Source: Candidatus Bathyarchaeum tardum
Lineage (GTDB): Archaea; Thermoproteota; Bathyarchaeia; Bathyarchaeales; Bathyarchaeaceae
Reading direction: 5' to 3'
NCBI GenBank assembly: GCA_024650005.2
Contig: CP122380.1
Coordinates: 576,001 to 640,000, forward strand
DNA length: 64,000 nt
Positions within the stretch are counted from its first letter, which is position 1; the number at the start of each line of letters is the position of its first letter. Below, piece after piece: positions 1 through 9,579 of the stretch. The notes below the pieces were generated by a model that made no database searches, was not told the origin of the DNA, and saw only the letters and a program-made list of their open reading frames with translations. The position numbers were made by a program, and so were the translations under genes.

Positions 1-226
1 AAAAAAGCTGTAACTGATTTTTCCCAAACAGAAAATTAACAATCTACTTTATTGTTTTCAAAAGAATGATGTTTGGGATCTTCAATGCCTTTTGTTGATT
101 TTCAAATTGTTTCATCAGTTTATTATCCATTGCTTACATGTTCATAAATCTGAAACGTTTTAAAAAATCAAAAACTGCGAAACCAAAAAATTTTAAATAT
201 TCACAAAAGAATAACCATTTAGGGGG

Positions 227-685
227 ATGTTCTTGCTTGTAGAAAAAAATAAAGCGATTGTGAAACGATTTATTGAAGCATATAATAATCGAAACTTAGA
301 AATTTTTGAAGAATTAGTTGCACCAGATTTTATTGACCACACCCATCAACAACAAGGACGAGAAAAATTCAAGAAACTGTTTACAATGGCTTTTGACGGA
401 TTCCCAGATTGGTACGAAGAAATCGAAGACATGATTTGTGAAGGCGAAAAAGTATGGGTAAGAGTCAAAGCAACAGGAACCCACACTGGGGACTGGAATC
501 TTTTTGGGGTTTCATTACCTGCTACGGGCAACAAAATCACGATGCGGATGGTTTTCTTTTTCCGAATCGTCAACAACAAACTGGCAGAAACAGGAGAACT
601 TGATGACCAACTAGATTTCTTCAATAAATTAGGATTCATAAAATACACTGAAAAGGGAAAACAGCTATTCCCTGAAGATGCATAA
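227..685 (+). CDS. SnoaL-like ester cyclase (NTF2-like fold)
   Basis: NKAIVKRFIEAYN N-terminus; EGEKVWVR...GTHTG...PATG motifs typical of the family. Confidence 0.85.
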   Translation: MFLLVEKNKAIVKRFIEAYNNRNLEIFEELVAPDFIDHTHQQQGREKFKKLFTMAFDGFPDWYEEIEDMICEGEKVWVRVKATGTHTGDWNLFGVSLPATGNKITMRMVFFFRIVNNKLAETGELDDQLDFFNKLGFIKYTEKGKQLFPEDA

Positions 686-741
686 TGATTGATGGCTTCC
701 AAAAAATGGCACTAGACCATTTGGTGTGAAAATATTTTCAG

Positions 742-1608
742 TTAAACTAGGCTTTGAGTGAAATAAACAATTCCAAAGAACAGAGCCATCAATAGCACAA
801 ATACGATTCCAAGGAAAACTGTCATTGTTTTTGCGTATTTTCCAAATTTTAAAACCAAAACAGAGTTTAATATTGGAAAAATTGCTGCGATGCCTGCGAT
901 AATAAACAGTTCCGATTTGTGCCCCCAACGGTTAGGAACCATATTCAAATCAAAATGAACCGGAATAGTCTCTGGAAGGGTTGGGTAAATCCAAAGTAAA
1001 TATCCCAGAAAAACAAAAAATGCTCCAGCTACCGTTGCAACCTGCAAATACACAAACCTTTTTGACGAACTCACTGCCTGTACATCAGTAGCAGTCCCAA
1101 ATTGAGACCTTTTAGTGTTTAACTCGTTACAAAGTTCTTGTGGATCTTCGGGGGAAACAACTATTTTGTTGCCATCCGTGAGCTCAAGCAACACAAAATC
1201 TCCGCTTACCTTTGTTGAGTAAACCCAAACCTTTCCAAGGTCTTTAGCAGTATACAATCCCCAGTGCATTCCAGGCCAACTCGCTCCAAAAAGACGAAAC
1301 AAAAGAGCAGTCTGAGAAACTTTCACATCTTTAATTGCTGAATAAGGTATTTTTCGTTTCGAAAACCCAAAACTAACAGAAAAAATGTTTTGCTGAACCG
1401 TAAACTCCATTCTTTTGGCAAAAAACGCAAAGGATAACAAAACGCCATCAATAATTAACAGAATAGATATCAGGGCAATAAACAAAACTGAGATTTCTTG
1501 AAAACTAAAAAACAAAAGGGCCAAAATCGGAACATCAATTATCAATAACAAAATTATGACCCAAACAAAGCTGCTTTTTGTTTGGCTTGGTCTGAAAACT
1601 TTTTCCAA
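742..1608 (-). CDS. Membrane protein with bacterial PH domain and C-terminal DUF1648-like domain
   Basis: Two N-terminal TM helices; PH-like core (IPYSAIKDV, VVSPEDP); YPTLPETIPVHFD...PNRWG motif; C-terminal TMs. Confidence 0.75.
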   Translation of the reverse strand: MEKVFRPSQTKSSFVWVIILLLIIDVPILALLFFSFQEISVLFIALISILLIIDGVLLSFAFFAKRMEFTVQQNIFSVSFGFSKRKIPYSAIKDVKVSQTALLFRLFGASWPGMHWGLYTAKDLGKVWVYSTKVSGDFVLLELTDGNKIVVSPEDPQELCNELNTKRSQFGTATDVQAVSSSKRFVYLQVATVAGAFFVFLGYLLWIYPTLPETIPVHFDLNMVPNRWGHKSELFIIAGIAAIFPILNSVLVLKFGKYAKTMTVFLGIVFVLLMALFFGIVYFTQSLV

Positions 1609-1684
1609 CCGCGTGCCTCACTAACTATTCTTTGCTAGATAATAATAAACATACTAATAATTCAATAGAAGCACCTGAAGAAAA

Positions 1685-2725
1685 TCATCTAAAATATTCG
1701 TTGGGTGGACTCATTGTCATTTCCCCGAATGCTCCTTTTGTTGTAACTACTTTGAGGGTTATTTGCTGAGGCTTGTTCACATAGGTTGCAGACAAGCTTA
1801 TATTCCAAACACCATCGCCGTCATGTATTGTTGCGGATGAATCAATTGTTCCATTAACATAAACGTAAGCAACTTCCCCGTCCCCTGCACCTTCATAGCC
1901 GTCTTCATACACGTAAGCAACTATTTTACCTTCGTTGGAGTTCCAATTTATTGACTGTATCCAAAGCCCATATATGGACTTTGAAACTTCAGCAGATATT
2001 CCTTCAATAGTCACAACTTTAATCGGAATCGGTGTATACGTATCCATGAATGTTCCAGTCAAACTTACCGTGGTTTCTTGCTGGCTCTCTAAAATTATCG
2101 GATCGGGCAACGCTGAAACGTCACGAGCCCCATCAGCGTAAACCTCACTTAGAGTCACAGTTTCATCACCGGAGTTTCTCACAACAACTTTTATCTTTCC
2201 TGTTTTTTCATCCCAATCTACCTGATTCAAACCGATTTCATAGAAGATTTTACTTTTGTAAGCGTCAATTTCACCCGAGGTGGTAATTCTTACTGTTATC
2301 CGATTTGGTTTAGTTATGTATTTTTGAGATAAGATGATTTCTGTTGATTGATTTTGGGATAAGACTCGAGTAGCTATTACTGCTTCCGAGTCTAATGTTT
2401 CATTTGAATAAACTTCGATAAGAGTCACAGTATCGTTAATTGTATTTTCAACAATAACTTTGATTTGATGGTTGTTTTCATCCCAATTTATGCTTTTAAT
2501 TTCTGTTGGTAGCGGTGTTACTATGTCTGGCAATCTGTCTGGCGTTAAAAGTCGGTTCAAGAAAAAGGGAGTAAACATCACTAAAATAGTGAAAATAACT
2601 GCCAAAAACATTAATTCGACTCTAAAAGGTCGTTTTTTTTCTAAATGAATTTCCATATTCTTTAGAGCGTAGTAAATGTATAAGAGTTTTTTAGTAAGGT
2701 CATAGTTGGAGACCTGATTGTTCAA
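1685..2725 (-). CDS. Membrane-anchored surface protein with three tandem beta-rich repeats (true start probably downstream of 2725)
   Basis: One TM near the N-terminus; INWDENNHQIKVIVEN / VDWDEKTGKIKVVVRN / INWNSNEGKIVAYV repeats with VTL.EVY motifs. Confidence 0.6.
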   Translation of the reverse strand: MNNQVSNYDLTKKLLYIYYALKNMEIHLEKKRPFRVELMFLAVIFTILVMFTPFFLNRLLTPDRLPDIVTPLPTEIKSINWDENNHQIKVIVENTINDTVTLIEVYSNETLDSEAVIATRVLSQNQSTEIILSQKYITKPNRITVRITTSGEIDAYKSKIFYEIGLNQVDWDEKTGKIKVVVRNSGDETVTLSEVYADGARDVSALPDPIILESQQETTVSLTGTFMDTYTPIPIKVVTIEGISAEVSKSIYGLWIQSINWNSNEGKIVAYVYEDGYEGAGDGEVAYVYVNGTIDSSATIHDGDGVWNISLSATYVNKPQQITLKVVTTKGAFGEMTMSPPNEYFR

Positions 2726-2781
2726 TCGTTAAAATCAAAACAAATCTTGTAAAAGTTAGTTTCAGAGCTTACATAATTGTG

Positions 2782-2859
2782 TGGTGGACCGAGCGGGAAT
2801 TGAACCCGCGACCTCCTGAGTGCAAGTCAGGCATTCATACCAGACTGAACTATCGGCCC
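2782..2859 (-). tRNA. tRNA-Ala(TGC), CCA encoded
   Basis: Reverse complement GGGCCGA...CCTGA-CT-TGC-AC-TCAGG...GGTTCAATTCC...TCGGTCC-A-CCA; cloverleaf with the G3:U70 Ala determinant. Confidence 0.97.
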
Positions 2860-2969
2860 ATGTTGTTTGTTTCGTTCTTTTGTTAGAGAACATGGATTTA
2901 GCGTTTTCCTTGTCTAAAAGGTTTACCAAACCCGCCTTTGATTTCAACCCGACTGTTGTGAGCAAGAGG

Positions 2970-3043
2970 GGCCGAAACCGGGATTTGAACCCGGGCGCTA
3001 GCCTCCACAGGGCTATAGGCTACCAGACTACCTCATTTCGGCC
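2970..3043 (-). tRNA. tRNA-His(GTG) with genomically encoded G-1
   Basis: Reverse complement G-GCCGAAA...TAGCC-CT-GTG-GA-GGCTA...GGTTCAAATCC...TTTCGGC-C; G-1:C73 His identity. Confidence 0.96.
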
Positions 3044-3208
3044 ACATTGGAATGATTCCGACCACTTTTTTGTTCGCCTTGTTTATTTACGTTTCCTTAA
3101 AAAAATCTTAGTTTTAATGTTAGTTTAATCATGTTTTGAGTGGTCAGATATAAATTGCAGGTCGCTACAGATATTTTGACCAGCTCCAAATAAACAGTAA
3201 GAGGGATA

Positions 3209-3496
3209 TTGATGAAAATTTTACTTGACGAAATGTATTCAGGGCTTCGAGAATATTTTGAGGTTCTCGGCTGGAACGTAATAACAGTACAAGAAGCAGG
3301 ACTGCGGGGTGCAACAGACCGTAAGGTGGCAGAATATGCCGCAACAAATGATTTACTGTTAGTAACTCAGGACCAAAAACCTGCTGAACTAATGAACCTT
3401 AAAGGAGCAAAATACGTCCTTATCTCCAGCGCCATGATTGCAAAAATGGCGGACCAAAAAATCAAAGAAAAATATCCCAAAATTAATACCGAATAA
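3209..3496 (+). CDS. DUF5615 / Mut7-C-like PIN domain protein
   Basis: KILLDEM...GATD..VAEYA...LLVTQD PIN-like pattern. Confidence 0.8.
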   Translation: MMKILLDEMYSGLREYFEVLGWNVITVQEAGLRGATDRKVAEYAATNDLLLVTQDQKPAELMNLKGAKYVLISSAMIAKMADQKIKEKYPKINTE

Positions 3497-3538
3497 ACAG
3501 CAGCTAGGCTGGATTTAACCCTCGAGGGATGATTAATA

Positions 3539-4138
3539 TTGAATCACAAATCTGGGAATTCGGAAGGCTTTCTTAGTAATGAAGTAGTTTATTTTGTAAC
3601 TAGTAATGTTCACAAGTTTCTTGAAGCCCGAAAAGTTTTGTTTCAATACAACATATCAGCGACCAAACTAAAAGTAGAAGCAATTGAAATCCAAGATGAC
3701 CACCTTGAAAATATTGCAAAATACAGTGTTTTAGATGCAATTAAAAAATGTGGATCCCCTGTTTTTGTTGAAGACGCGGGTTTATTTATTGAATCTTTGA
3801 ACGGTTTTCCTGGACCTTACTCTAAATATGTTCTGCAAACAGTGGGCTTAAACGGAGTTCTCAAGTTGATGGATGGCATCAATAACCGTAATGCTTACTT
3901 TAAGTCTGTAATCTGCTATGGCGGTCCAAAAGAGGAACCAACCTGTTTTGTGGGAAAAGTAGAAGGCAAGATATCTTCAGAATTACATGGAGATTCAGGG
4001 TTTGGGTACGACCCGATTTTTGTTCCCTCTGAAGGTGATGGAAGAACTTTTGCAGAAATGTCTTTAACTGAAAAAAACAGTTATTCTCATCGTGCAAGAG
4101 CTCTAAAACAGTTCGCTGAGTGGTATTCTAGCCGTTAA
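3539..4138 (+). CDS. rdgB: XTP/dITP diphosphatase (Ham1/RdgB)
   Basis: TSNxHK, EDAGL, GFPGPYS, FGYDPIF, SHRARA motifs. Confidence 0.95.
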   Translation: MNHKSGNSEGFLSNEVVYFVTSNVHKFLEARKVLFQYNISATKLKVEAIEIQDDHLENIAKYSVLDAIKKCGSPVFVEDAGLFIESLNGFPGPYSKYVLQTVGLNGVLKLMDGINNRNAYFKSVICYGGPKEEPTCFVGKVEGKISSELHGDSGFGYDPIFVPSEGDGRTFAEMSLTEKNSYSHRARALKQFAEWYSSR

Positions 4139-4201
4139 CAAACGAATGTTTTAAATATCTGGGTTCCCTCCGACGTTAAGGAGCTTCCGAGGAATAAGAA
4201 C

Positions 4202-4642
4202 ATGCCAAAACAAGAAAAAGGAATATCCCATGAAACAAGACCAGTAAGTAAACGACCCCCTGCATGGTGCAGATACACATCAGAAGAAGTGGAAGCTATA
4301 ATAGTGAAGCTTTCCAAAGACGGTCATCCTCCAAGCCAAATCGGAATAATTCTGCGTGACCAACATGGAGTTCCTTTGTCTAAGCCAATAACAGAAAAAT
4401 CTGTTAGCCAAATCCTCAAAGAACGAAACATATACTCAACCTATCCTGAAGACCTAGAAAATCTTCTCCGCAAAGCAACACGCCTTCATGTTCACCAGGA
4501 CAAAAACAAATCAGACCTGCACAACAAACGTGCCCTCCAAATGGTGGAAGCAAAAATCTACAAACTATCTCGTTACTATAAACGAGAAGGTGTACTTCCA
4601 GCAGACTGGAAATATTCACCAAAAGCAATTTCTCTGTTCTAA
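4202..4642 (+). CDS. rps15: 30S ribosomal protein uS15 (archaeal S15/S13e)
   Basis: PSQIGIILRDQHG, PEDL, EAKIYKLSRYYK, LPADWKY. Confidence 0.97.
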   Translation: MPKQEKGISHETRPVSKRPPAWCRYTSEEVEAIIVKLSKDGHPPSQIGIILRDQHGVPLSKPITEKSVSQILKERNIYSTYPEDLENLLRKATRLHVHQDKNKSDLHNKRALQMVEAKIYKLSRYYKREGVLPADWKYSPKAISLF

Positions 4643-4854
4643 TCCGGGAATTTTTTCCCTTTTTCCGTCATATTTGTTTGGTTGCTTTTCTTTGTGTATT
4701 CAACCCCAAGTAGAGTGTTGAATATTTTTTACGAAACTGTTCATTAGAAAGTTTTATTATCTATTCTTGTATCTGAGCTTATACCCTTGTGTTGTCAAAA
4801 TCACAGAATTTAATGTTGACAATACATCAACTTAATCCTTTAACGTGAAAAACA

Positions 4855-6312
4855 ATGCCTGTTACCAACCAACAAATAGATGCCCTTTCAAAAGACGCCA
4901 ACGATGCAGCCAGCTTAATCTTAGAGCATATTGAAAAAGGTGATGTTATTCACGTTTCCACTCATGTAGACGCTGACGGCATATCTGCAGGAGGAATTAT
5001 AGGAAAAGCGTTGCTTCGGGCAGGGGCAAAATTTCGTTTACGGTTTGAACGATGGATGGACGAAAACGTTGCTGACCGAATCGCCAACGAAAACGCTGCT
5101 TTGACAATTTTTACGGACATGGGAAGCGGTTACCTTGACCTTTTAGGAGACCGCCTTGCTGGACGGGACGTTGTAATTCTTGATCATCACAAACCAGCAT
5201 TAGATCAATTACCCGACGGTTTTATTCAAGTTAACCCTCACATTCACGGGATAGACGGAACCCGTGAAATAAGCGGTTCAGGTGTGGCCTACTATGCTGC
5301 TAAAGCATTAAATGAAAAAAATGTAGATTTGGCAGCTATTGCTATTGTTGGTGCCCTAGGTGATTTACAAGACAAAAACAAAGACCGCAAATTAGGTGGC
5401 GCAAACACGCCCATAGTTAAAGACGCTGTAGCGTCAGGAGTTCTTACCGTAGAAACTGATTTGTTGTTTTTTGGACGGGAAACTCGCCCGATTCATCAGG
5501 CTCTTGCCCGAACAACTAATCCGTTTATTCCCGAAATCAGCAGCGAAGAAGACAAAAGCCTTGCATTTCTGGTAAATCTAGGAATCAAACCTAAACGCAA
5601 CGACAAATGGCGAGCGTTACGGGACCTTTCTTCGGAAGAAAAACAGACGCTACTTTCGGCAATTGCTGAGCACCTAGTTTCCAAAGGAATGAGCGGAGAC
5701 ATAGTATCCGACCTAGTAGGAGAAGTTTACACCTTAACTCACGAAGAGCCCTGGACGACGTTGCGGGATGCCCGCGAATTTTCGGTTCTGCTTAATGCTA
5801 CTGGAAGAATGGACAAAGCAGGACTAGGTGCAGCGATTTGCATGGGGGACCGCAAAAAATGTTTGGAAGAAGCAAATAAAGTGATACAGGATTATCGGGG
5901 CACTATTACTAAGTATCTTCGTTGGGTGACAGAAAAACCTGAACGCCTTGAAGAGCTAGAAAACATTTACGTAGTCAGAGGGGACGGATTTATCGATGAA
6001 AAAGTTCTCAGTCCCGTTTGCACTATATTGTCTACGACTCTTACTCAACTGGGAAAACCAATCATTGCTTACGCCAAAATTTCAGGTGAAGATCAAGTTA
6101 AAATTTCATCCCGTGGCTCAGAACCTTTGATACACAAAGGGTTGAACCTAGGAGACGTGATGCAAATTGCCTCTGAACAGTTTTCTGGTCGGGGGGGAGG
6201 ACACGACATCGCTGCAGGTGCTCAGGTGCCCATCAAAAATGTGGAAGACTTCATATTTTTGGTTAATGATTTAGTTAAACGACAACTGGAAGGAAAAAAA
6301 ATTGGAAGCTGA
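4855..6312 (+). CDS. DHH/DHHA1 phosphoesterase (RecJ/Cdc45-like nuclease)
   Basis: HVDADG, DMGSG, LDHH, GGGHDIAAG motifs; conserved position after rps15. Confidence 0.9.
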   Translation: MPVTNQQIDALSKDANDAASLILEHIEKGDVIHVSTHVDADGISAGGIIGKALLRAGAKFRLRFERWMDENVADRIANENAALTIFTDMGSGYLDLLGDRLAGRDVVILDHHKPALDQLPDGFIQVNPHIHGIDGTREISGSGVAYYAAKALNEKNVDLAAIAIVGALGDLQDKNKDRKLGGANTPIVKDAVASGVLTVETDLLFFGRETRPIHQALARTTNPFIPEISSEEDKSLAFLVNLGIKPKRNDKWRALRDLSSEEKQTLLSAIAEHLVSKGMSGDIVSDLVGEVYTLTHEEPWTTLRDAREFSVLLNATGRMDKAGLGAAICMGDRKKCLEEANKVIQDYRGTITKYLRWVTEKPERLEELENIYVVRGDGFIDEKVLSPVCTILSTTLTQLGKPIIAYAKISGEDQVKISSRGSEPLIHKGLNLGDVMQIASEQFSGRGGGHDIAAGAQVPIKNVEDFIFLVNDLVKRQLEGKKIGS

Positions 6313-6541
6313 AATCTGTTTATGTTATAAAAATGAACGCGAAGCCCAAGCAGTAGCTCAAGCAGTTTCTCCGGACAACATTGAAGTTCCCAAAGGGCTA
6401 TCTATTGAAACAACAAAAAAAGATTCACAAGTCTACACAAAAATTCAGTGCCAAACTAGACTGCAAACCCTCATAGCAACCATTGACGACCTTCTAGCAT
6501 GCATTTCAGTAGCAGAAAAAACCTTTAAAGTGGCAAAATAG
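6302..6541 (+). CDS. pcc1: KEOPS complex subunit Pcc1
   Basis: 79 aa; AVSPDN and TLIATIDDLL motifs; overlaps the DHH gene end. Confidence 0.85.
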   Translation: MEAEICLCYKNEREAQAVAQAVSPDNIEVPKGLSIETTKKDSQVYTKIQCQTRLQTLIATIDDLLACISVAEKTFKVAK

Positions 6542-6580
6542 TCCTTAGCATCCATCTTTTGTGGGTTAGAAGAATTGCTC

Positions 6581-7035
6581 AAGAAATCTTGATTGAAATT
6601 TAATTATGATTCGTTAGTGTCGTCAAGACGATAGGTGGTTAAGAACTCTTTTTTGAAGCAAAATTTTTTGAATTATTTATTCATCAAATATTGCTTCTGA
6701 ATGTTGTGTTAGTGTCTTTGTTGAATAGACAAATGTTGCAAAAAATTTAATTTTTATCAATTATTCATTAAAATTTAGTTGAAAAATTGTTTAGTACTTT
6801 TGTATGTTTTTATTTATCTATAAATCTTTTTTACAAAAATTTTATATCAAAGTTTTGGCACAAGAAGTTTGGGGGAAAAGACTGTGTTGCCCTGGGTAGT
6901 ATTGTTTGCACTTCGGAATCAAAGTTTTACTAAAGTTAATCGATGTCCTGTTAGACAGCATTAACGATTTTCCCTCCTTGAAGCGAGACAAATGTTTCGG
7001 GGGCGCCTCACTGCCCTACGCCCAAGTAAAGGGCA
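6581..7035 (+). repeat. Copy 1 of ~460 bp direct repeat (promoter plus structured 5' leader)
   Basis: Aligns by eye to 9088-9551; 6825-6928 is identical to 9335-9438 (104 bp). Confidence 0.95.
6833..6850 (+). promoter_or_regulatory. Putative BRE/TATA promoter (ACAAAAATTTTATATC)
   Basis: Purine-rich run followed by TTTATA, identical in both repeat copies, ~25 nt upstream of the conserved GGGGGAAAAG. Confidence 0.55.
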
Positions 7036-7093
7036 AAAAGAGATAGCACGGAGAACAAAGCCGTGCAGAAAAACAAAAGGAAGAAAAAATAAA

Positions 7094-7909
7094 ATGAAAA
7101 AAATTCGTTTAACAATAATTTCGCTATTAGTTCTTTGTCTATTTCTATGTTCAAGTCTACAATCGGTTTCAGCCATCATAGTGGGTTCAGCTGTATTTTG
7201 CCCAAATAACTACATTCCTCCACCAGAATGGTACGATACTGAATATGAAATTCAGCTCTCCACGGCATATTGTACTGCAATAAATACCATGCTGACCAGC
7301 AAATACGGAGGTTTATGCTACTTAAGAATCAATGCAACCAGAAATCAATATACTTCTACACTTGGGTACCTAAAATCTGCGTGTGATCAAATAGTAGTGT
7401 TTTCAAAAGGTCACCGAGGAATAGAATATGAACCACCTTTTTACCACATCACTCTTATCGACCACAGTGGAGTCAACGTAGTTGACGACGACCACATTTA
7501 TCCTAATACAGACTATTCAAAAAACACTGTGACATTCATATGGCATTGTCAAACATCAGACTATTACCCACCAATAAGTCCAGCGAAATATGGAATGCCC
7601 TACTGCTGGACCCACGATTACACAATGCAACCCTACGTTACATATGGAGATCATGTTTACTTAGGATGGGTAGGCCAATCTCCACAATTTGAAACCGCAG
7701 TCAATTACCAATACAAATTTGCTGAAGTTGCAGCATGGTTCTGGTACTACGCGTGCGACGGGGATAGTATAGAAGACGCACTGGACCATGTTGCTCAAAG
7801 AATCTTTGGGGCTGCAAATTTTGTTGCCAGCGAACTTGACGATTACACTGCCTATCACGGTCCATTAAAACCCTATGGAAATATGGCATTCTATTTGCCG
7901 GAGGAATGA
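7094..7909 (+). CDS. Secreted protein, putative caspase/gingipain-fold (clan CD-like) cysteine peptidase
   Basis: Signal peptide MKKIRL...VSA (ATG 7094 preferred over 6992); beta-strand-GH (VVFSKGH) and beta-strand-C (FIWHC) arranged like a His-Cys dyad. Confidence 0.5.
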   Translation: MKKIRLTIISLLVLCLFLCSSLQSVSAIIVGSAVFCPNNYIPPPEWYDTEYEIQLSTAYCTAINTMLTSKYGGLCYLRINATRNQYTSTLGYLKSACDQIVVFSKGHRGIEYEPPFYHITLIDHSGVNVVDDDHIYPNTDYSKNTVTFIWHCQTSDYYPPISPAKYGMPYCWTHDYTMQPYVTYGDHVYLGWVGQSPQFETAVNYQYKFAEVAAWFWYYACDGDSIEDALDHVAQRIFGAANFVASELDDYTAYHGPLKPYGNMAFYLPEE

Positions 7910-8979
7910 TGTACATGAAAAAACAAGTTACAAGTAATTACATGTCAGTGCTTGTTATTCTGTTTATTACTGTTCTTCTAGTTTTTCCTGTTACGTTAGC
8001 ATCTGAAGTAACTGCTCAGGCTCAAACTAAAGTATTTATAGACAATGTGCTTCCAGTGGATTTCTCACAATACAATGTAACCCTCAAAAATCACTCACAA
8101 TATGGAACAAGTGACATGATTAGGTACGCGTTAGAGTCAGATGAAAGCAATCTCCGCCTTTTTTTTGAATTTGAAAATAACGTTCTGCGTTATTGTAATA
8201 TAAACACAGAAAAAGGGCAAGTCATCAGTGATAAACAACACGATAACATGATTGATGCTGTAAAAAGTTTTCTTGAAAAGTATCAAACCTACACCAAAAT
8301 TGACTCAACTAACCTGATAGACATGCTAGATAAAATTGATCTGACACAAAATTCAACAATAACAAACGGAAACACTGAACTCACTGTATGTACATATAAC
8401 AACTTGGGAACTGAATTAACTTTATTCAAATGGGCTTACATTGTAAATGGTGCGGAGTATAATTCATTGCAAGTTGGTTTTCAAACAAAAACCATGGTCT
8501 TTGATGTTTTATTGGACACCCGTGCCCTTTATTCAGTTGGCGACACAACAGTAAATGTTTCCAGTGAACAGGCAATTGACCTTGCAGTAAAGCACAGTGC
8601 AGAATACTCATATGCTATGCCGGATGGTTCGCAAGTTTCGGGTTTTAACATAACAAAAGAGAAAACTACAACAGAACTCCTCACTACTGCATTAAACACT
8701 ACAGAACTTAGGCCTTATTGGATGGTTAGAATGTATTTGAACCAAACCTATCCGGGTAGCGTAATAGGATTAACCGTGTTCATCTGGGCCAACAATGGAG
8801 AAGTCTTTGACTGCAGCAACATAGCAGTAGGTGGAGCATACGACAGCTCAATAACACAAACATCAACACCATCCCCCGCGTCTTCCACAAATGATGCCAT
8901 TCCCATAATAATTACTGCTACAGCAACAATAATTGCAATAACAGCCCTTATAGTGGTCATCAAAAAAAGACGCAAATAA
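7906..8979 (+). CDS. Secreted, C-terminally membrane-anchored protein with PepSY/YcdB-like domain
   Basis: Signal peptide; VSSEQAIDLA...LRPYW...VFIWANNGEV; Ser/Thr linker, TM helix, KKRRK tail; ATGA-coupled to the upstream gene. Confidence 0.6.
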   Translation: MMYMKKQVTSNYMSVLVILFITVLLVFPVTLASEVTAQAQTKVFIDNVLPVDFSQYNVTLKNHSQYGTSDMIRYALESDESNLRLFFEFENNVLRYCNINTEKGQVISDKQHDNMIDAVKSFLEKYQTYTKIDSTNLIDMLDKIDLTQNSTITNGNTELTVCTYNNLGTELTLFKWAYIVNGAEYNSLQVGFQTKTMVFDVLLDTRALYSVGDTTVNVSSEQAIDLAVKHSAEYSYAMPDGSQVSGFNITKEKTTTELLTTALNTTELRPYWMVRMYLNQTYPGSVIGLTVFIWANNGEVFDCSNIAVGGAYDSSITQTSTPSPASSTNDAIPIIITATATIIAITALIVVIKKRRK

Positions 8980-9087
8980 TTTTTTGCAATTCCCATTTTT
9001 TCTTTTTTTTAAAAAAACTTTATTCTTGAATGTGAAGTGGAAAAAGATTTTTGAACATAACCCCTTAGGCATTTATTCAGTTTAATT

Positions 9088-9551
9088 AAGAACTCTTGAC
9101 TTGCTCAAATTATGATTCGTTTCTGTAGTCCCGGAAGGCGGGGGTTTATCAGTACTTATTTTTGGAACAAAATTTTTTGAATTATTTATTCATAAAATAT
9201 TGCTTCTGAATGTTGTGTTAGTGTCTTTATTGAATAGACAAATGTTGCAAAAATTTTAATTTTTATCACTTATTCATTAAACTTTAGTTGAAAAATTGTT
9301 TAGTACTTTTGTATGTTTTTATTTTTCTATAAATTCTTTTTTACAAAAATTTTATATCAAAGTTTTGGCACAAGAAGTTTGGGGGAAAAGACTGTGTTGC
9401 CCTGGGTAGTATTGTTTGCACTTCGGAATCAAAGTTTTCCTGCAAAATTAATTGATGTTTCTTGTCAGACGGTGTTAACTGATTTTTCCTCCTTGAAGCG
9501 AAACAAATGTTTCGGGGGTGTGTCACCGCCCTAAGCCCCAAGTGAAGGGCA
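9088..9551 (+). repeat. Copy 2 of ~460 bp direct repeat (promoter plus structured 5' leader)
   Basis: Aligns to 6581-7035 with an offset of ~2510 bp. Confidence 0.95.
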
Positions 9552-9579
9552 GATAAGAACAATGAAAAGGGGGTGAAAA

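Noticed and set aside
2762-3128. Short ORFs of 67 and 102 aa
   Set aside because: They overlap the two tRNA genes
6992-7093. N-terminal extension of the 305-aa ORF
   Set aside because: It overlaps the structured leader; the signal peptide begins at ATG 7094
9313-9562. 73-aa ORFs on both strands within repeat copy 2, and ORF 6961-7179 in copy 1
   Set aside because: Reading frames are not preserved between the two repeat copies because of indels; better explained as non-coding promoter/leader
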